DNA of 64,000 nt from Octopus vulgaris. Its lineage: Eukaryota. Position 1 is the stretch's first letter; each line of letters starts with the position of its first letter. A program made the translations under genes and the position numbers. The stretch spans positions 122,016,001 through 122,080,000 of the forward strand of contig OX597819.1 in assembly GCA_951406725.2 (NCBI GenBank), in the 5' to 3' direction. The notes beneath the pieces are model-generated. The model searched no databases and had not been told where the DNA came from. It worked only from the letters and a program-made list of their open reading frames with translations. Of the stretch, positions 12,839 through 29,549 are shown piece after piece.

Positions 12839-14106
12839 TCAGGTCATCCCATAAGTTATATCCGAATTTTGAATTTTTAAAAAAGTGAACAAATGTTATA
12901 TTTAATTGAAATTTAATCATCAATGTACTTTTCCTGATTATCTATGACTTCCTTCCATCTATTTACAAGCTTTTTAATCCCATCAATGTAAAACTATTTT
13001 TGTTTCAAAACAAAGAACTCTGAAATGTCAGTTTTGACCTCCGCCTGGCTTGCGTAAATTATGTCCCCCAAATGATTCTGTAAACTACAAAACAAATTGT
13101 AGTCTGAAGGAGCAAGGTCGGGAAAATAAGGCGGATGAAGAATTTTTTCCCAACTAAAACCTTCGATCTTCTGTGATGTGATCTTTGCAGTGTGGGGTCG
13201 CGCATTGTCCTGATGAAACATCACTCCTTTTCGATTCACTAAAGTGGGTCTTTTTTCTTCAAAGCTTGGTTCAAATGCTCTAATTACTGACAGGAGACTT
13301 GAGCATTGAATGTTGCATTAGGTGGTAACAATTCAAAGTGAATTACTCCTTTGCAATCCCACTAGATAGAGAGAAGAACCTTTTCCCCATGAAGTTCCCT
13401 TCTCGGTTGTGGTTGAACTTCTTACCTTTTACCAAGCCAATGTTTACGACGTTTAACATTTCGATAGAAGATCCATTTTCCGTCACCAGTCACAAATCTA
13501 TCCAAAAAGGGTTAAATGAGTTCGCGAGAATGGAGAGAAGAGCAGATGTCAACTCGGGATTTGCGGTTACTTTCGGACAACTTATGATGCACCCATTTTC
13601 CAAGTTGTTGAAGATGACGATGAACAGTTTTATGGTTTGAACTAAGCTTTATTGCTAATTCTTCAACTGATAATGTAGGATTTTCTTCAAGTAATGCCTC
13701 AAGAAGCTTATCCTCAAACTCAACTGGACATCCTGATCGATCATCATCTTCAAGGCTGAAATCTCCAGTTCTGAATTTTGCAAACCATCTCCTGCAAGTT
13801 CTTTCATTCAAGCATTCTTTCCCATAAACTGAGTGTATGTTTCGAGTCGCTTCGGCTGCAGAGTCTCCTTTTTTGTACTCATAAAGCATTATGTGACTCA
13901 AATGCTCTTTGGATACTTCCATGTTAGAAAGTGTTTTAATCAAATGAATTTTAATTCTATTATTCTGTAAAATAATATTTAATTAGTTTAAATGTACACA
14001 AATGCATAAAAATAATTTTTAATTCCATTAGACATTCTAAAATACAATTAAATTTCATTCAATTTTAAAAAAGGTAAAATCGGACAGAACTTATGGGATG
14101 ACCTGA
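12839..14106 (-). mobile_element. Full-length (1268 bp) mariner element with frameshifted transposase
   Basis: TIRs tcaggtcatcccataagtt / aacttatgggatgacctga with TA on both sides; MEVSKEHLSHIMLYEYKKG...RRWFAKFRTGDFSLEDDDRSG HTH, WVHHKL (WVPHEL-like), HQDNARPH and HPPYFPDLAPSDY motifs in different frames. Confidence 0.95.
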
Positions 14107-14117
14107 TATATATATAT

Positions 14118-14476
14118 ACTCTTTACTCTTTTTACTCTTTTACTTGTTTCAGTCATTTGACTGCGGCCATGCTGGAGCACCGCCTTTAGTCGAGCAAATC
14201 GACCCCGGGACTTATTCTTTGTAAGCCCAGTACTTATTCTATCGGTCTCTTTTGCCGAACCGCTAAGTGACGGGGACGTAAATATACCAGCCAGCATCGG
14301 TTGTCAAGCAATGTTAGGGGACAAACACAGACACACAAACACATACACACACATACATATATACATATATACATATATACGACAGGCTTCTTTCAGTTTC
14401 CGTCTACCAAATCCACTCACAAGGCATTGGTCGGCCCGGGGCTATAGCAGAAGACACTTGCCCAAGATGCCACGCA
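14118..14476 (-). mobile_element. SINE family B
   Basis: Reverse complement of the family B tail, microsatellite and partial head. Confidence 0.85.
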
Positions 14477-14584
14477 TATATATATATATTTCTGCGTGTG
14501 TGTCGGAAAAAACAAGATTTTAAGCTAATAAAATGTACATAAACCTATAGACACATGCATGGATATATGAACATGTATACGCAT

Positions 14585-17059
<2,475 letters not shown>

Positions 17060-17762
17060 AGCTTAAAGGTTATAAAATGTTATTGCTGTTGTTTACAGGA
17101 TTGGAAAAATCGACACTGCTTACCAAAAGCAATCGCATATATTCGCACGCGCGCGCGCGTGCACACACGCATATATGTATGTATGTATAACGATTGCCAC
17201 TTCTTTAGAGAAGAATGCTATCTCTTCAATTAATAAACATTGTTATGAGATCTTATATGACTGGCAAGTCCTGTTCTTTAACAGCAAACACTACTGCCAA
17301 TCTTGCAGATATTTTAAAGCAGAAAAGTGGCTGAGAGTGTAGTTAAGTCCTACCTATGAAGTGCTTGTTTCAAGATAAAGTGTTCAATTCTTCGAGCTTC
17401 AAATTCTTTACATCTGTTGTAGATCATTTGTTTCCAAACCGATCGATCTTGAGTCATCGGCCCCCAGCATTCAACTTTCCCATTAAGAGCCTTAAGGTTG
17501 CTTTTGACAGAATCCCTAAAACGTTTCTTAGGTTTATATCTCGGACTTTGCCACGATGCAACACCTTGTAAAACAACTGCTTTGGCAAACTGTCATTCTG
17601 CATTCTAGCATGCTAAAATGCAGGAATATGTATATATAGAGAGAGAGAGAAGTGGTAAGTAGCTTGCTTACGAATCACATGGTTCTCGGTTCAGTCCCAC
17701 TGCGTGGCACCTTGTGAGTGGATTTGGTTGACGGAAACTGAAAGAGACCCGTCGCATATACG

Positions 17763-17874
<112 letters not shown>

Positions 17875-17992
17875 TAGATAGATAGATAGATAGATAGATA
17901 GATGTGTATATATATATATATATATGTATATGAGTGTATATGTTTGTGTGTCTATATTTGACCCCCAACATCGCTTGACAACCGATGCTGCT

Positions 17993-18217
17993 GTTTACCA
18001 ATATACTATAGTACTCCTGGTCTACGATGACTGCTGCTGTAATTTAGCTCCAGGAGACATCGTCTCCAGCTGTCTGTACGTCACGATCTGTGTTCTTATA
18101 TTTTCGAACATATAAGGAAACATCGTGTCGTATAGCCAGCTGGAGACGTTGTCTCCTGGGGCTAAATTACAGCAACATTCGTCCTATGCCAGGACTGCCA
18201 TATTATGTTGGCAAACA
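17993..18217. repeat. Imperfect palindrome of about 225 bp (fold-back/MITE-like)
   Basis: gctgtaatttagctccaggagacatcgtctccagctg vs cagctggagacgttgtctcctggggctaaattacagc; related motif at about 36071-36120. Confidence 0.75.
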
Positions 18218-21200
18218 ATCTTTACTCCAAAGTACTGTTGCTGAATATCTCTCGTTGTAACATTTAAAAATAGTAATTTTCTAATATTTTTCTATTTGTG
18301 CATTAAGGCTACCATTGGTTTCATGTTAAGAAAAATATCTTAATAACTTAGCAATTTTTCAAGCCGATCACATGGAGAAATGGTGTTCGTCTCCATTCTG
18401 AATGAATGAATAAATATATATATTATTTCGTGTTGCGGCCAAGATGCTGTGCATGGTAGCAGAATTTTCCACTCCTTTCATATATAACAATCTACTCCAG
18501 ATCGTTGATAGTGTATCCTCATAGATGGAGTTCAGGCCAGCTAGTTTGTAGTGGTATGGAGTCATAATTTGGAATAAAAGAAGTCACACCAAATGGGGAT
18601 AATTTGTATTTGTTGAAAACGTATGTTCTATGTTTGCGTAATGTGTAATAGGAAATGTGATTAAATATAATGATAAGCCCGGTTGTGTGTTGGAGCTAAA
18701 CCATGCAGTCCGTTTGTGAATGGCGTGATATGGGGATGTACATCAATGTGTCCTTGTATTAGATACATAAAACTCGTTCTCTGTTGAGGATTGGCGTATT
18801 TCAAAGGTAAACTTCGCTTTGTACTGGTGAACGCTTTCATGCAGAGATAAACATTGATGTGTTTTGTTGTTTGACTGCTATATTGTAATGACTAAGATGT
18901 CGCTATGCTGATAAAGGAGGTAAATTAAAGCGAAAACTTGTCTTATCATGATGAGTAACATAACATAAAGGTGAACCTCATCATGTACAGGTGAGTGTTT
19001 TAATATGGAAATATATCACGGTGTGTCTTACTGGATGATTATCTCATTACAATAGCGAAAACTCTGTTGTCTTCGTAAAAGGGGCAAAATAAAATTAAAC
19101 CGTTATATGTTGGTTAGTGATGTAATTTAGACTTCACCCCTTTCTCTGTATTGATTCCCAAGGTATTGTGAGTATCCCCTGCTGGCCAAATCTAGACGCA
19201 GTTTCGATTTATCTTCGGTCTCATTTCATATTAGTTGCACCTTTAATTCCAATCGTAAAAGAATTAATGTATTGCGCATCTAATCAATCAGTGCCTGACA
19301 GAATCATTAGGGCGTCGGCAAAAAAGCTGGGTATCATTTCCTTCGGCTGTTTTTATTTTCCGATTTCAAATTCTCTCAAGGTCGACTTCGGCTTCCACGC
19401 TTCTAGAGTCGATGAAATAAGTCAAGAAAGGTGGTTGACGTAGTCAACTTGCTCCCTCCCGTCAAAATTGCTGATTTTGTGTCAAAATTAAAAAATATTA
19501 ATTATTATCCATATTAAGGTGGCTACCTGGCAGAATTGTTAGCACAGTCGATATGTTCTGAGTTCAAATTCCACCGAAATCGACTTTCCCTTTCATCTTT
19601 TCGGGGTCGATAATTTAAGTACCAGTTGATTACTGGGGTCGATGTAATCGACTATGCCTATTCCCCAAAATTTCAGGCCTTGCGCCTACAATAGAAAGGA
19701 TTATTATTAGCAATACTGTTAAGGCGGCGAGGTGGGGGAATTATTAGCGCGTCAGATTAAAATGCTTAGCGGCATTTCGTATGGCTATTTTTGTTCTGAG
19801 TTCAAATCCAATAGAAGTCGACTTTGTCTATCGGAGTCAACAAAATAATACCATTCAAGTACTACCTACCATAAAATTTCTGGCCTTGTTCCAAAATTAG
19901 AAAGAATTATTCTGTTGGTGATGGATGGACATAGTGGTCCTTGATGAGACTCCAAGATATAAAAATATTGATTTCAAATTTTGGTGGAAGGATTAGTCGA
20001 TTATATCAACACCAGATTCCAACTGGTATCTAGTTTACCGACCCCTAAAAGACAAAGACCAAAGTTAATTTCGATGGAATTTAAACTCGGAATGTAAAGA
20101 TGGACGAAATGCCGTTAATAATTTTCTCCAACGTGCTAACCAGCTCACCATCTTACCGAGATATCAATATTGGTTTCAAGCTTTGGCAAAAAGCCAGCAA
20201 TTTCGGGGAAGGAGTAAGTCGAATACATTGACCCTAGTGATCAACTGGTACTTATTTAATCGACCCCAGACAATGATTAAATCGCCATTCACCTCCTTCC
20301 GTGAATAGGGGTAGCCAGGTGGTTAGGGTGTTCGGCTGGTGTCAGTAAGGTCGTGGACTTAATTCTTGGACCAGCCAATAATGTACCTTATTTACTATTT
20401 CTCCAGTCTGCCCCTCTGAAATGAATAACAGCGGCTGGTGCTGCAGCCTTCTCTCCCACCATGTATCATACCTAAATCATTCCACTGCATCAAAGCTTTA
20501 GCGGGCCAAGAAGATGCCTATGTCAGCATGCGACTACGAGTTGCTTATGCACCTCGTATCATTTGCGAGAGCTTATGGTACACTTTACCAAGCCATCCCA
20601 TAAGATTTCCCGTGACATTGTTTTTGTTATCTACAGTCCATTGGTGGAGCTTTGTACCTTTGTTAGAAACCAGCTTCTTCAAAGCAAACATTTAAATAAT
20701 TAAAAACAGAAAATGATCATATTTACACAGTTTCAAAGAGAAAGCTAGATTATGTATACCGAAGTATGTATAATGTTTGGTTTAAATCCGTTATCCTAGG
20801 GAAGCTAGTGAACGTCAGCGTCGGCAAAATTTAACTCATACCCAATCACATGGAATGAGGATATGAAATGACGACAATATTTTTAATCCCAGGTAATCTC
20901 TAAATCATTAAAAATATAATCAGACATGTTCTAGATGTGGCTAGCCTCTCTGTTTTTCCCCCAAAATTTAAAACCCTAATTTACATAATCCAATGTGATT
21001 TTGCATGTTTAAGATACTAGAATGTGATTTTGTTGCTGTTTCTAGAAAATCATGGAACCAAGTAGAGGCTACACGATTCGCTCCCACGCATTATATTCCT
21101 CTTACATACAAAAAGCAACACATCGCTGACCAGACGTGATAGAAATTATTGTCATACAAATCTAGTTTAAAATATCTTTGGAAACCCATACAAATGCCGT

Positions 21201-21739
21201 CCTGCTGTTTCTTCTGAAGTTAATAACAAAACTAATTGTAGCATTTACCTACGCACTTGTTTGAGTTCAAATATATCTATCCTTGATTATTATAGATTCA
21301 TTCATCACTGATACGGGATACCGCTCTACGCTCAATTATGAGCCATGTTATACTTATCACGGACTGATTTCTGATAACAAGGGTCAAAGTCCGATAACAG
21401 GAGTGCAAAGTCATGCCCAAGTGAACATTCACAATGCTCAGGACAACTTAAGGTTGCGGGACGAAACCTTTTTTTCCGAATTGTCTATTATTCATTTATG
21501 ATTGATTCATTTAACATGGTTTTCTTTGTAATTAAACACCCATGATAAACGAGAATAGATATGTCACTAAATTCACCTACAACTCCAAGCCTCTTTGCTG
21601 TTGATACAAGTAGCAGTAATGTAATTTTTAATGCTAATTGTACTATCACAGTAATTCCAATGAACGCCAATGATTGCTTAACACCAAATCAGTCATAACA
21701 GACCACGAGACATATAAGGAAAATGAGGTCTTGGGGCTA

Positions 21740-22140
21740 ATCTTAAGCCGTCGCCATACACTGACTTAGCTAGAGTGTGTCGCCTGTAGCGGCCATTGAG
21801 CTCGCTATTATCCAACCCCGTGCTTTAAGTCCGGTGCACGCTTATACAGCAGACCCCAAAGTGATGTCCCTACAAGCGCTTCACCCGAGGCGGACCATCC
21901 TGCTCCCATTCTCGCGACGCTACTATCGCCAGGGTCAACATCCCTGTGAGTCTTTAAAGGATCTTCTCTGTCGCAAATATTCTTAGCTAGTTCTCTGGTC
22001 TGCAGATACTTTACTCCCTTCCTCCCACCAATCATAGAGGTCCTGTAAAGAGTCATAGGCACTGCCCTTCCGCATCTGAGAAAGCCATAAAAAATCGTAA
22101 CCGTTCCGTCTTTGACTATAATATCTAGTGTGTCCTTCAT
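21740..22140 (-). pseudogene. GC-richer island, probably a decayed non-LTR retrotransposon ORF2 fragment
   Basis: Composition shift and a 110-aa ORF with no diagnostic motif. Confidence 0.25.
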
Positions 22141-23170
22141 TTATTTAACGCGTTGTTCATGCAGATTTGGCTGCTTTATCTATAAATTAGCAGTTGTATG
22201 TTAATATTATGATTCGAGGGATATTTGGTCACTTTTTCTAGTAGCTCGATCACTCATGTGAGGGCTCCTTCGTTAGTACTAATGAAAATTATCTCATACA
22301 AATTTATACCCACAGTAGGATCTGGTCTTAGTAATGTCAACTAATGTAACTTAAAATTGCAAGTTTGTGTATATTCAGTAGCAGCTATTCTTTGTTTAAA
22401 TGGAGTTATTCACTCTGACATGTCCCTCGATTACAAATATTTTGTACCTCTGATGGTTACATATTAACCGCTAGTCATTACCTATTTAGAACTTGGTCAC
22501 CTAGTGAAGTAGCGTGTGTTTTTGACCATCTTGTACAGTAGCCATATTGGCTGCAGTTTTCCTTAAAAGCAATAAACCTTCATCAATACACAGACACACG
22601 TTTATAAAATCGCTGCCCTGTCATTTGCTTACTTTATATTCTATTGTTCTTTGTCCGTTTGATTGTATTCAGATTCTTTCGTCAAAAATAGAAATGTAGT
22701 TACCAGCAAACCTGTACAGAAACCATTACAGCCCCGAAAACGCGTTCATACGTTGAGAGCTACTATTACATTACAAGTTTATTACATATACCGCAACACT
22801 ACAACAATTATATCAATAATTATATGTAACGTACAGGACTCGATTTCCGATCGTCTTTTGTATTATATCACCTACAAGAATTAACCTTGCATCTAGTCAA
22901 AAGATATAAATATTTACTGTTGTTTTTCTTTATTATATAGGTTCGATATTATTTATTGTTTTCTTTACAAATGTATCATTTATGAATATCGTCTGCTGTT
23001 AGTATCGCAGCTGATATTGTCGTTGTTATTGTTCTTGTTGTTACTGAACTGTTGCCGTTGCTTCGTTGTTATTGCTGTTGGTGTTGCTGTCATTATTGTT
23101 AATTCTCTCCTCATGGAAGATGGCTCAATTTGCTTCTTTTTTTTATTTCTAATATCGAGGGCTTTATGCT

Positions 23171-23379
23171 TCAGTGCTCTAATTTACAGCTGGGTACGTT
23201 GGAACGAAAATCGCATTGTTGTTTAGCAGGGTTGAACACTGTACCCGAAGCACACTGTTGTGGGGTCTGGTCATTTGAATCGCAGGATATATACTGGCTG
23301 CAGTCTCCCGGATAAGTGATAAGGATGTGGCCTTTGCCTCGCGCTACATTGCACTCTGATCGGAATTTGCTGAGACTTG
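23171..23379 (-). CDS. Terminal coding exon, CBM14/peritrophin-A domain (absent from the ORF track)
   Basis: Acceptor ttttttttataacag ends at 23380; phase 1; (A)SLSKFRSECNVARGKGHILITYPGDCSQYISCDSNDQTPQQCASGTVFNPAKQQCDFRSNVPSCKLEH then TGA at 23173-23171; six Cys; AATAAA downstream at about 22952-22957 and 22929-22934. Confidence 0.93.
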
Positions 23380-23682
23380 CTGTTATAAAAAAAAAAGGAG
23401 AAAAATATGAAATATAAATTTAGTTTTTTCTGGATATTAGTTTCCTAGTTTTCAATGTTACATTCGATATACACACGCACACAGTTGCATACACGCACAA
23501 ACACACTCACGAACATTCACAAAGACACGAATATATTTTTTATACAAACATATAACAATCACATGCAATAAACAGAGTTTCCCAGCAAGCCAGCGGTGTG
23601 AAGTTATCTCATTGACAGTATGATAATTTCACATCTGTGGTTGTGACTTTTCCATGTTTGTATCACATACATGCACACACAC

Positions 23683-23753
<71 letters not shown>

Positions 23754-23832
23754 TAATAAATATTAGGGAATAAATCTAAACTTACAGGGAAAAATCAGAT
23801 TTAGGATTGAATCCAATTTTATAGTCAAATAT

Positions 23833-24038
23833 TATATTATATTAAATTAGAGACAAAACCACTATTATGCAAATCAAACAAAGAAAGACTTAAGCCAATA
23901 CATAAATTAATTTATATTATTTAGAAATGTAACAATTATTAATAATTGTTACATTTCTAAATAATATAAATTAATTTATGTATTGGATTAATTCTTTCTT
24001 TGTTTGATTTGCATAATAGTGGTTTTGTCTCTAATTTA

Positions 24039-24048
<10 letters not shown>
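23833..24048. repeat. Near-perfect palindrome of about 215 bp (centre 23940/23941) in an element inserted in (TA)n; Penelope-like inverted terminal fragment
   Basis: gagacaaaaccactattatgcaaatcaaacaaagaaag vs ctttctttgtttgatttgcataatagtggttttgtctc; the extra single-copy segment 23750-23832 makes it asymmetric. Confidence 0.8.
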
Positions 24049-24130
<82 letters not shown>

Positions 24131-24159
24131 CATATATGACAACACACGGATAACGGTTC

Positions 24160-24249
24160 ATTCACTACAGCTGTTTCCAACGAACTTTTTTATTTGAATA
24201 ATGGAGATATTGCATCATATGAAACAAAAACTGTTTTCATCAGGTGAAT
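24160..24249 (-). ncRNA. Type-I hammerhead ribozyme with a long, degenerate stem II
   Basis: Minus strand ATTCAC-CTGATGA-(about 59 nt)-GAA-ACAGCTGT-A-GTGAAT: perfect 6-bp stem I, palindromic stem III, GUA site. Confidence 0.6.
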
Positions 24250-24519
24250 ATACACGAATTACACATTCAAAACATTCCAAAAGTCACCAGTTAGTGCCAC
24301 TTCATGATTGATTGCCCGACTAGTAATAGTCAAAAGACTTGAAACTCGTAATTTATTCAGTCGGATGCAGTTAATCGTATATAAAACTTGAATAATAATC
24401 TGTCTATACGTCGGTATTTAATTAATTGTTACTGTTGATTTCGTAATATACACGATTCTCTCTATGCAACCCGAGCCGGTGCTTTGCTATTTAAGTACCT
24501 GAACACATATGTATATGTA

Positions 24520-24605
<86 letters not shown>

Positions 24606-25290
24606 TTCCTCTATTTCAATGATATTGAGGTCTACTTCATTTGTTAAAGCACGCGTGGCTACATGCGTGCACGCACACACACACACATACACACACACAT
24701 ATATATATATATATTTAAACTTTTGCTTTCTCTGGGACCTTGAGTTTCGCCTAACTGTTTATTCAACCACTTGGCTAAGTTGAAGTTGAAATAACCATGA
24801 GCCGAAAGATGAAATTCCAGTAAAAATTAATGTAAAATAAAATTATACTTTGCAATTAAAGATGAGAATTCCTGCCAGGTTTCTCCCTTCAACACAACAA
24901 CTCCAAGTTGAATATATATATATATATATATATACCAATGACTGAATTGGTATATATAAATATTTAATCTTCGGATTTTTTTAATATGTTAGACCACTGG
25001 TTTTAATTGATAAATATTGAATTCTACTCTTAATTAATTTTATAAATTATATATATATATATATAATACGCATATTTGTGTTAGACTTTTCTGTGTACGG
25101 TGGTTGGTGGTTGATGTTGAATTCAGAATCTTTATTTCCATCATGATAGTAAATTATAGTGCATACATGAGGTAACAGCCCGAGGGATAGGCACTTGAGT
25201 GTCTATTCGTGCGTCTTTGTGCAGGCATGAATGAAAAGGAGTAGAGCTGCGGTGAGGATCAGACTAATATTCTCTCTCTCGCTCACTCTT

Positions 25291-25325
<35 letters not shown>

Positions 25326-25717
25326 CTCAGTTTTTCCGTGTTTGTATGGAGGCGCATTTAATTTCTGTGGGGGAGTAGCTGAATGGCTGAGATTGTATAG
25401 AAATAATGCACCGGAAAAATAGTCTAGTTGTAATGCAGTGCAATGTTGAAAATAGTCAATAAAATAAAATAAAATAACGTCGATATGGGGGTGTGTGTGC
25501 AAATCGACGGTAAGGTAAATATTATAGAAAATACAAACTACTTAGAAAAGCAATAATAACTTGTTTGTAAAGTGCAGACATGTCAAAAGGAAACAAATTG
25601 TCAATACGCCATTTTAAACTATATAATTATATCTGAACAAACCTCATAATGGAAACCGTTTAAGGATAATTATTTTATAAAACCTGTACGAGCTGTGTGT
25701 AGGTTGGAGCTATTAAA

Positions 25718-25776
<59 letters not shown>

Positions 25777-25807
25777 CACATATGTATGCATTAGGTAGGT
25801 ATGTATA

Positions 25808-25887
<80 letters not shown>

Positions 25888-25889
<2 letters not shown>

Positions 25890-26060
25890 TAGGAGTGGAT
25901 GTGTGGTAAGTAGCTTGCTAACGAACCACATGGTTCCGGGTTCAGTCCCACTGCGTGGCATCTTGGGCAAGTATCTTCTACTATAACCTCGGGCCGACCA
26001 AAGCCTTGTGAGTGGATTTGATAGACGGAAACTGAAAGCAGCCCGTCGTATATATGTACG

Positions 26061-26130
<70 letters not shown>

Positions 26131-26360
26131 TTTGTGTGTGTGTCTGTGTCTGTGTGCGTGTGTGTGTTTGTGTGTCTGTGTTTGTCCCACCAGCATCGCT
26201 TGACAACCGATGCTGGTGTATTTACGTCCCTGTAACTTTGCGGTTCGAAATAAGAGACCGATAGAATAAGTACTAGGCTTCCAAAAAGTAAGTCCTGGGG
26301 TCGATTTGCCCGACTAAAGGCGATGCTCCATCATGGCCACAGTTAAATGCCTGAAACAAT
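25888..26360 (+). mobile_element. SINE family B (intronic)
   Basis: Full head-microsatellite-tail structure. Confidence 0.85.
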
Positions 26361-26774
26361 TTTAATTTATGTACGAAATCAAAGATTTTTCACCAGTTAC
26401 CTAGGCATCATTTTCCTGAATTAATGCATCTAGGATTACATTTTCGGATATTTTGTCTTTATTTACAAACTAGTGAAGATATTTGATAGAAATATGATTG
26501 CCACTTCTTGTATATTGAATCCTTAACAAACAGGCATACACGGTGGCTCGTCTGAATAAGTTGTCGAACTCAAGTCTGTGTCATTGTTATCATTTAATCA
26601 ACTTCTCATCCTATTTAAATCTTGCCGCTTATATACATTAGAGAGGTGGCTTAGTTTTACGGTTCTACTATTTATTTATATTGATTTCAAATTCTGGCAT
26701 GAAGCCAGCAATTTCGTGGTTGTAGGTAAGTCGATTACATCGATCCCAGTGATTAACTGGTAAATATTTTATCG

Positions 26775-27152
26775 CGTCCCCAAAGTCCATCCCCTCCTCA
26801 CCGTGGTGGGGACGCTGGCAACGGGTAGTGTCAGAGCTATGCCGTCGGGACTTCGGTTCCTGGTAGGGCCACCCAAGGCGGATTGGTCTGACACCGAGTG
26901 GTATTAGGGCCACAACCCGGCAGACGGGGCTCTGGTGAATATCCTCGGAGTGTCTGTTTCGGCAACCGGCAGCTCCTCGGTCGTTCTGCCCCTGCGTCTG
27001 CGGATAATCTGCGGCAAACAGGATGTCTCTACATGCGGGGACCGCATGTTGGGGACCGCTTGTGAAATCCACATATTCCCACGAAACTTCTTCCACGAGT
27101 AGAAGAAGCCGACTCAACCCGCCCAGGGTGAATGTCGCCAAAAGTACAAGTA
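26775..27152 (+). mobile_element. Short non-autonomous RTE-derived element (RTE-like 5' UTR fused to RTE-like 3' end), inserted in a SINE A copy
   Basis: agagctatgccg...ggtagggccacccaaggcgga resembles RTE/BovB 5' UTRs; ends aagtacaagta; 15-bp TSD gtaaatattttatcg; second copy at 41617-42022. Confidence 0.7.
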
Positions 27153-27337
27153 GTAAATATTTTATCGATCTCGAAAGGACGGAGGGCAAAATTCGACCTC
27201 GGAGGAATTGAATTCAGAATGTAAACATGGACGAAATGCAGCTAAGGATTTTACCCGGCGTGCTACCAATTCAGCCAATTCACCGCCTTCATTTATATTT
27301 TCACTAAAAGGAGGGAAAACAAGAAAGTGAATGTTAC

Positions 27338-27544
27338 CGCTATCTGCCATCTTGTTTGGTCGATTGGTACAGTCCACTCTGGTGGGCCACATGCACATTC
27401 GTTTCGTTGTATTGTAGAGAAGACCTTGCGGACACCATTTCACAGAAAGTGAGGTTCCTTCCCAGCATTCAACAAATCTTGCACAATCGGTAGGTTCAGG
27501 GTTACTTCCGTTCTTGTGTATACACCGGGGATCATTCTCAATAT
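27338..27544 (-). CDS. Internal phase 1-1 exon (207 nt), CBM14/peritrophin-A domain
   Basis: Acceptor atttttcag ends at 27545; xIENDPRCIHKNGSNPEPTDCARFVECWEGTSLSVKWCPQGLLYNTTKRMCMWPTRVDCTNRPNKMADS; donor G|GTAACA at 27338/27337; joins 23379 in frame (G+CA = Ala). Confidence 0.93.
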
Positions 27545-27874
27545 CTGAAAAATATTTAAGGTTTTGGTCTCAATAATTATCCTTCAAAAACAAACAAAAT
27601 AATTAAATATGTAATTTAAGAAGCAAATTTTCCGTCATTGACTGTGTAATGAAATCGAAATTGTAAAAATGTCTGGTTTCTTAAGAATATTGGAATATTT
27701 GCGTCTGACGAAACAAACACAAAAAGACCTCAACGAATAAAGGATTAAGGAAATTTTATCCAGGCATGTTGACATTACAACCCTGTGGTTTCCAGTTCAG
27801 ACCCACTGTGTAGACCCTTAAGCACAAGTGGTTCTACTATAGCCCGGGGTCGATCAATGCCTTGTATGCCCTCG

Positions 27875-28114
27875 ACTCTTTTACTCTTTTACTTGTTTCA
27901 GTCATTTGACTGTGGCCATGCTGGAGCACCGCCTTTAGTCGAGCAAATCGAACCCAGAACTTATTCTTTGTAAGCCTAGTACTTATTCTATCGGTCTCTT
28001 GCCGAACCGTAGAGTTACAGGGACGTAAACACACCAGCATCGGTTGTCAAGCGATGTTGGAGGACGAACACAGACACACAAATACACACATACACACATA
28101 CACACACACACGCG

Positions 28115-28145
<31 letters not shown>

Positions 28146-28265
28146 ATATATATATATATATATATACATATATACGATGGACTTTTTCAGTTTCCGTCTA
28201 CCAAATCCACTCACAAGGCTTTGGTCGGTCCGGGGCTATAGTAGAAGACATTTGCCCAAGGTACC
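27875..28265 (-). mobile_element. SINE family B
   Basis: Reverse-complement match to other copies. Confidence 0.85.
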
Positions 28266-29549
28266 TACTGCTTTTATTTGTTTGAAATCTTCCAGTAATA
28301 AGGAATCTAGTTTCTAACAAAGATACAATGGTGCATCGTTGGAATGTACATAGCAAAAACAGATTCATATTTTAAACTCGAAAGTCTTGCATATTTTCAC
28401 TGTTGCGCTGAAACATGTTATGTACATGTTAGCTATTTGACTTCTGTATCTGAAAACCCTAATTTATCCAGTTTGTTACTTATGCATTTATTTACAAAAC
28501 GATGTGCACTAATTATTATTAGCCTAAATGTGAATTTATAACCTGGATATAGAAGCTGAAGGTGTCAAAGCTGTTGTCCAGAATTATCTTCTTTATGCAC
28601 GTATGTGTTTGTGTATGTATCGCTGTCCTGGAATATAGGCACTTATTGGAATCAAACACGAAGAGAATAATCCCCCTAAAGAAAACATGCTACAAAGCAT
28701 AACTGACTGAAAATGTTTGCCTGAATATTCCTGGAAACTTTTTGTAATATAATCAGTGGGTTCCACATATGGCCTCGTTTAGTCAGCCCTTCGAGCGACT
28801 GAACGAGTGAAACTATTGTAAATACGCAACTGTTGACAGTGTAAACCTTGCCAAAACCCTAAGTGGTGTAATTAGAGTACATCGTTAAGGTTTGCTACCA
28901 TCTAATTTATATTACAGAGTGTCCAGTTCGAAATTCTTTAAAGGAATGTCAGTTGTTATCGGCAGATCAAAATTAATTTGCTTCTTTTTATTTAAGGATG
29001 GCTTAGGATGATAGAATGACTAACGATATGGAGTTTTTCTTTGCGATACAAGCAGTAACATTTTGAACCGCTTCTAAATACATGAATCCCTATTATGTTT
29101 GACGCTTTCTGTGGTTTCAAAATGTGGTTTTGTCGGCACACCGGGCGGAATGCTTAGCGGTATTTCGTCTGTCTTTATGTTCTGAGTTCAAATTCTGCCA
29201 AGGTTGACTTTGCCTTTCATCATTTCGGGGTCGATAAATTAAGGTTGACTTTCGCCAAGGTTGACTTTGCTTTCATCCTTCGGGGTCGATAAATTAAGCA
29301 CTAATCGACTAGGCTCCTCCCCCAAAATTTCGGGCTTTGTGCCTAGAGTAGAAAAGAATGTGGTTTTATCGGGATGGTGGCGAGTACAAAGAGAGAGATA
29401 TGTTGTGCTGGTGCAAATTTCTGTATAGCATATTGATGCCAAAGAAATTTGCGTATACAGTGACCACAACTACAATAAAGGCATTTCCCCCGCAAATTCA
29501 TTACCTTTAATATTCTTCCCTATATTTTATCTCTTTTTTTTTTGCTGTA

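Noticed and set aside
26668-27189. 173-aa minus-strand ORF with a hydrophobic N-terminus
   Set aside because: Runs antisense through a repeat and flanking SINE; the frame is not preserved in the second copy at 41.6 kb
28540-28780. Candidate missing first exon of the CBM14 gene
   Set aside because: No frame gives a signal peptide plus 6-Cys pattern; stops in all frames
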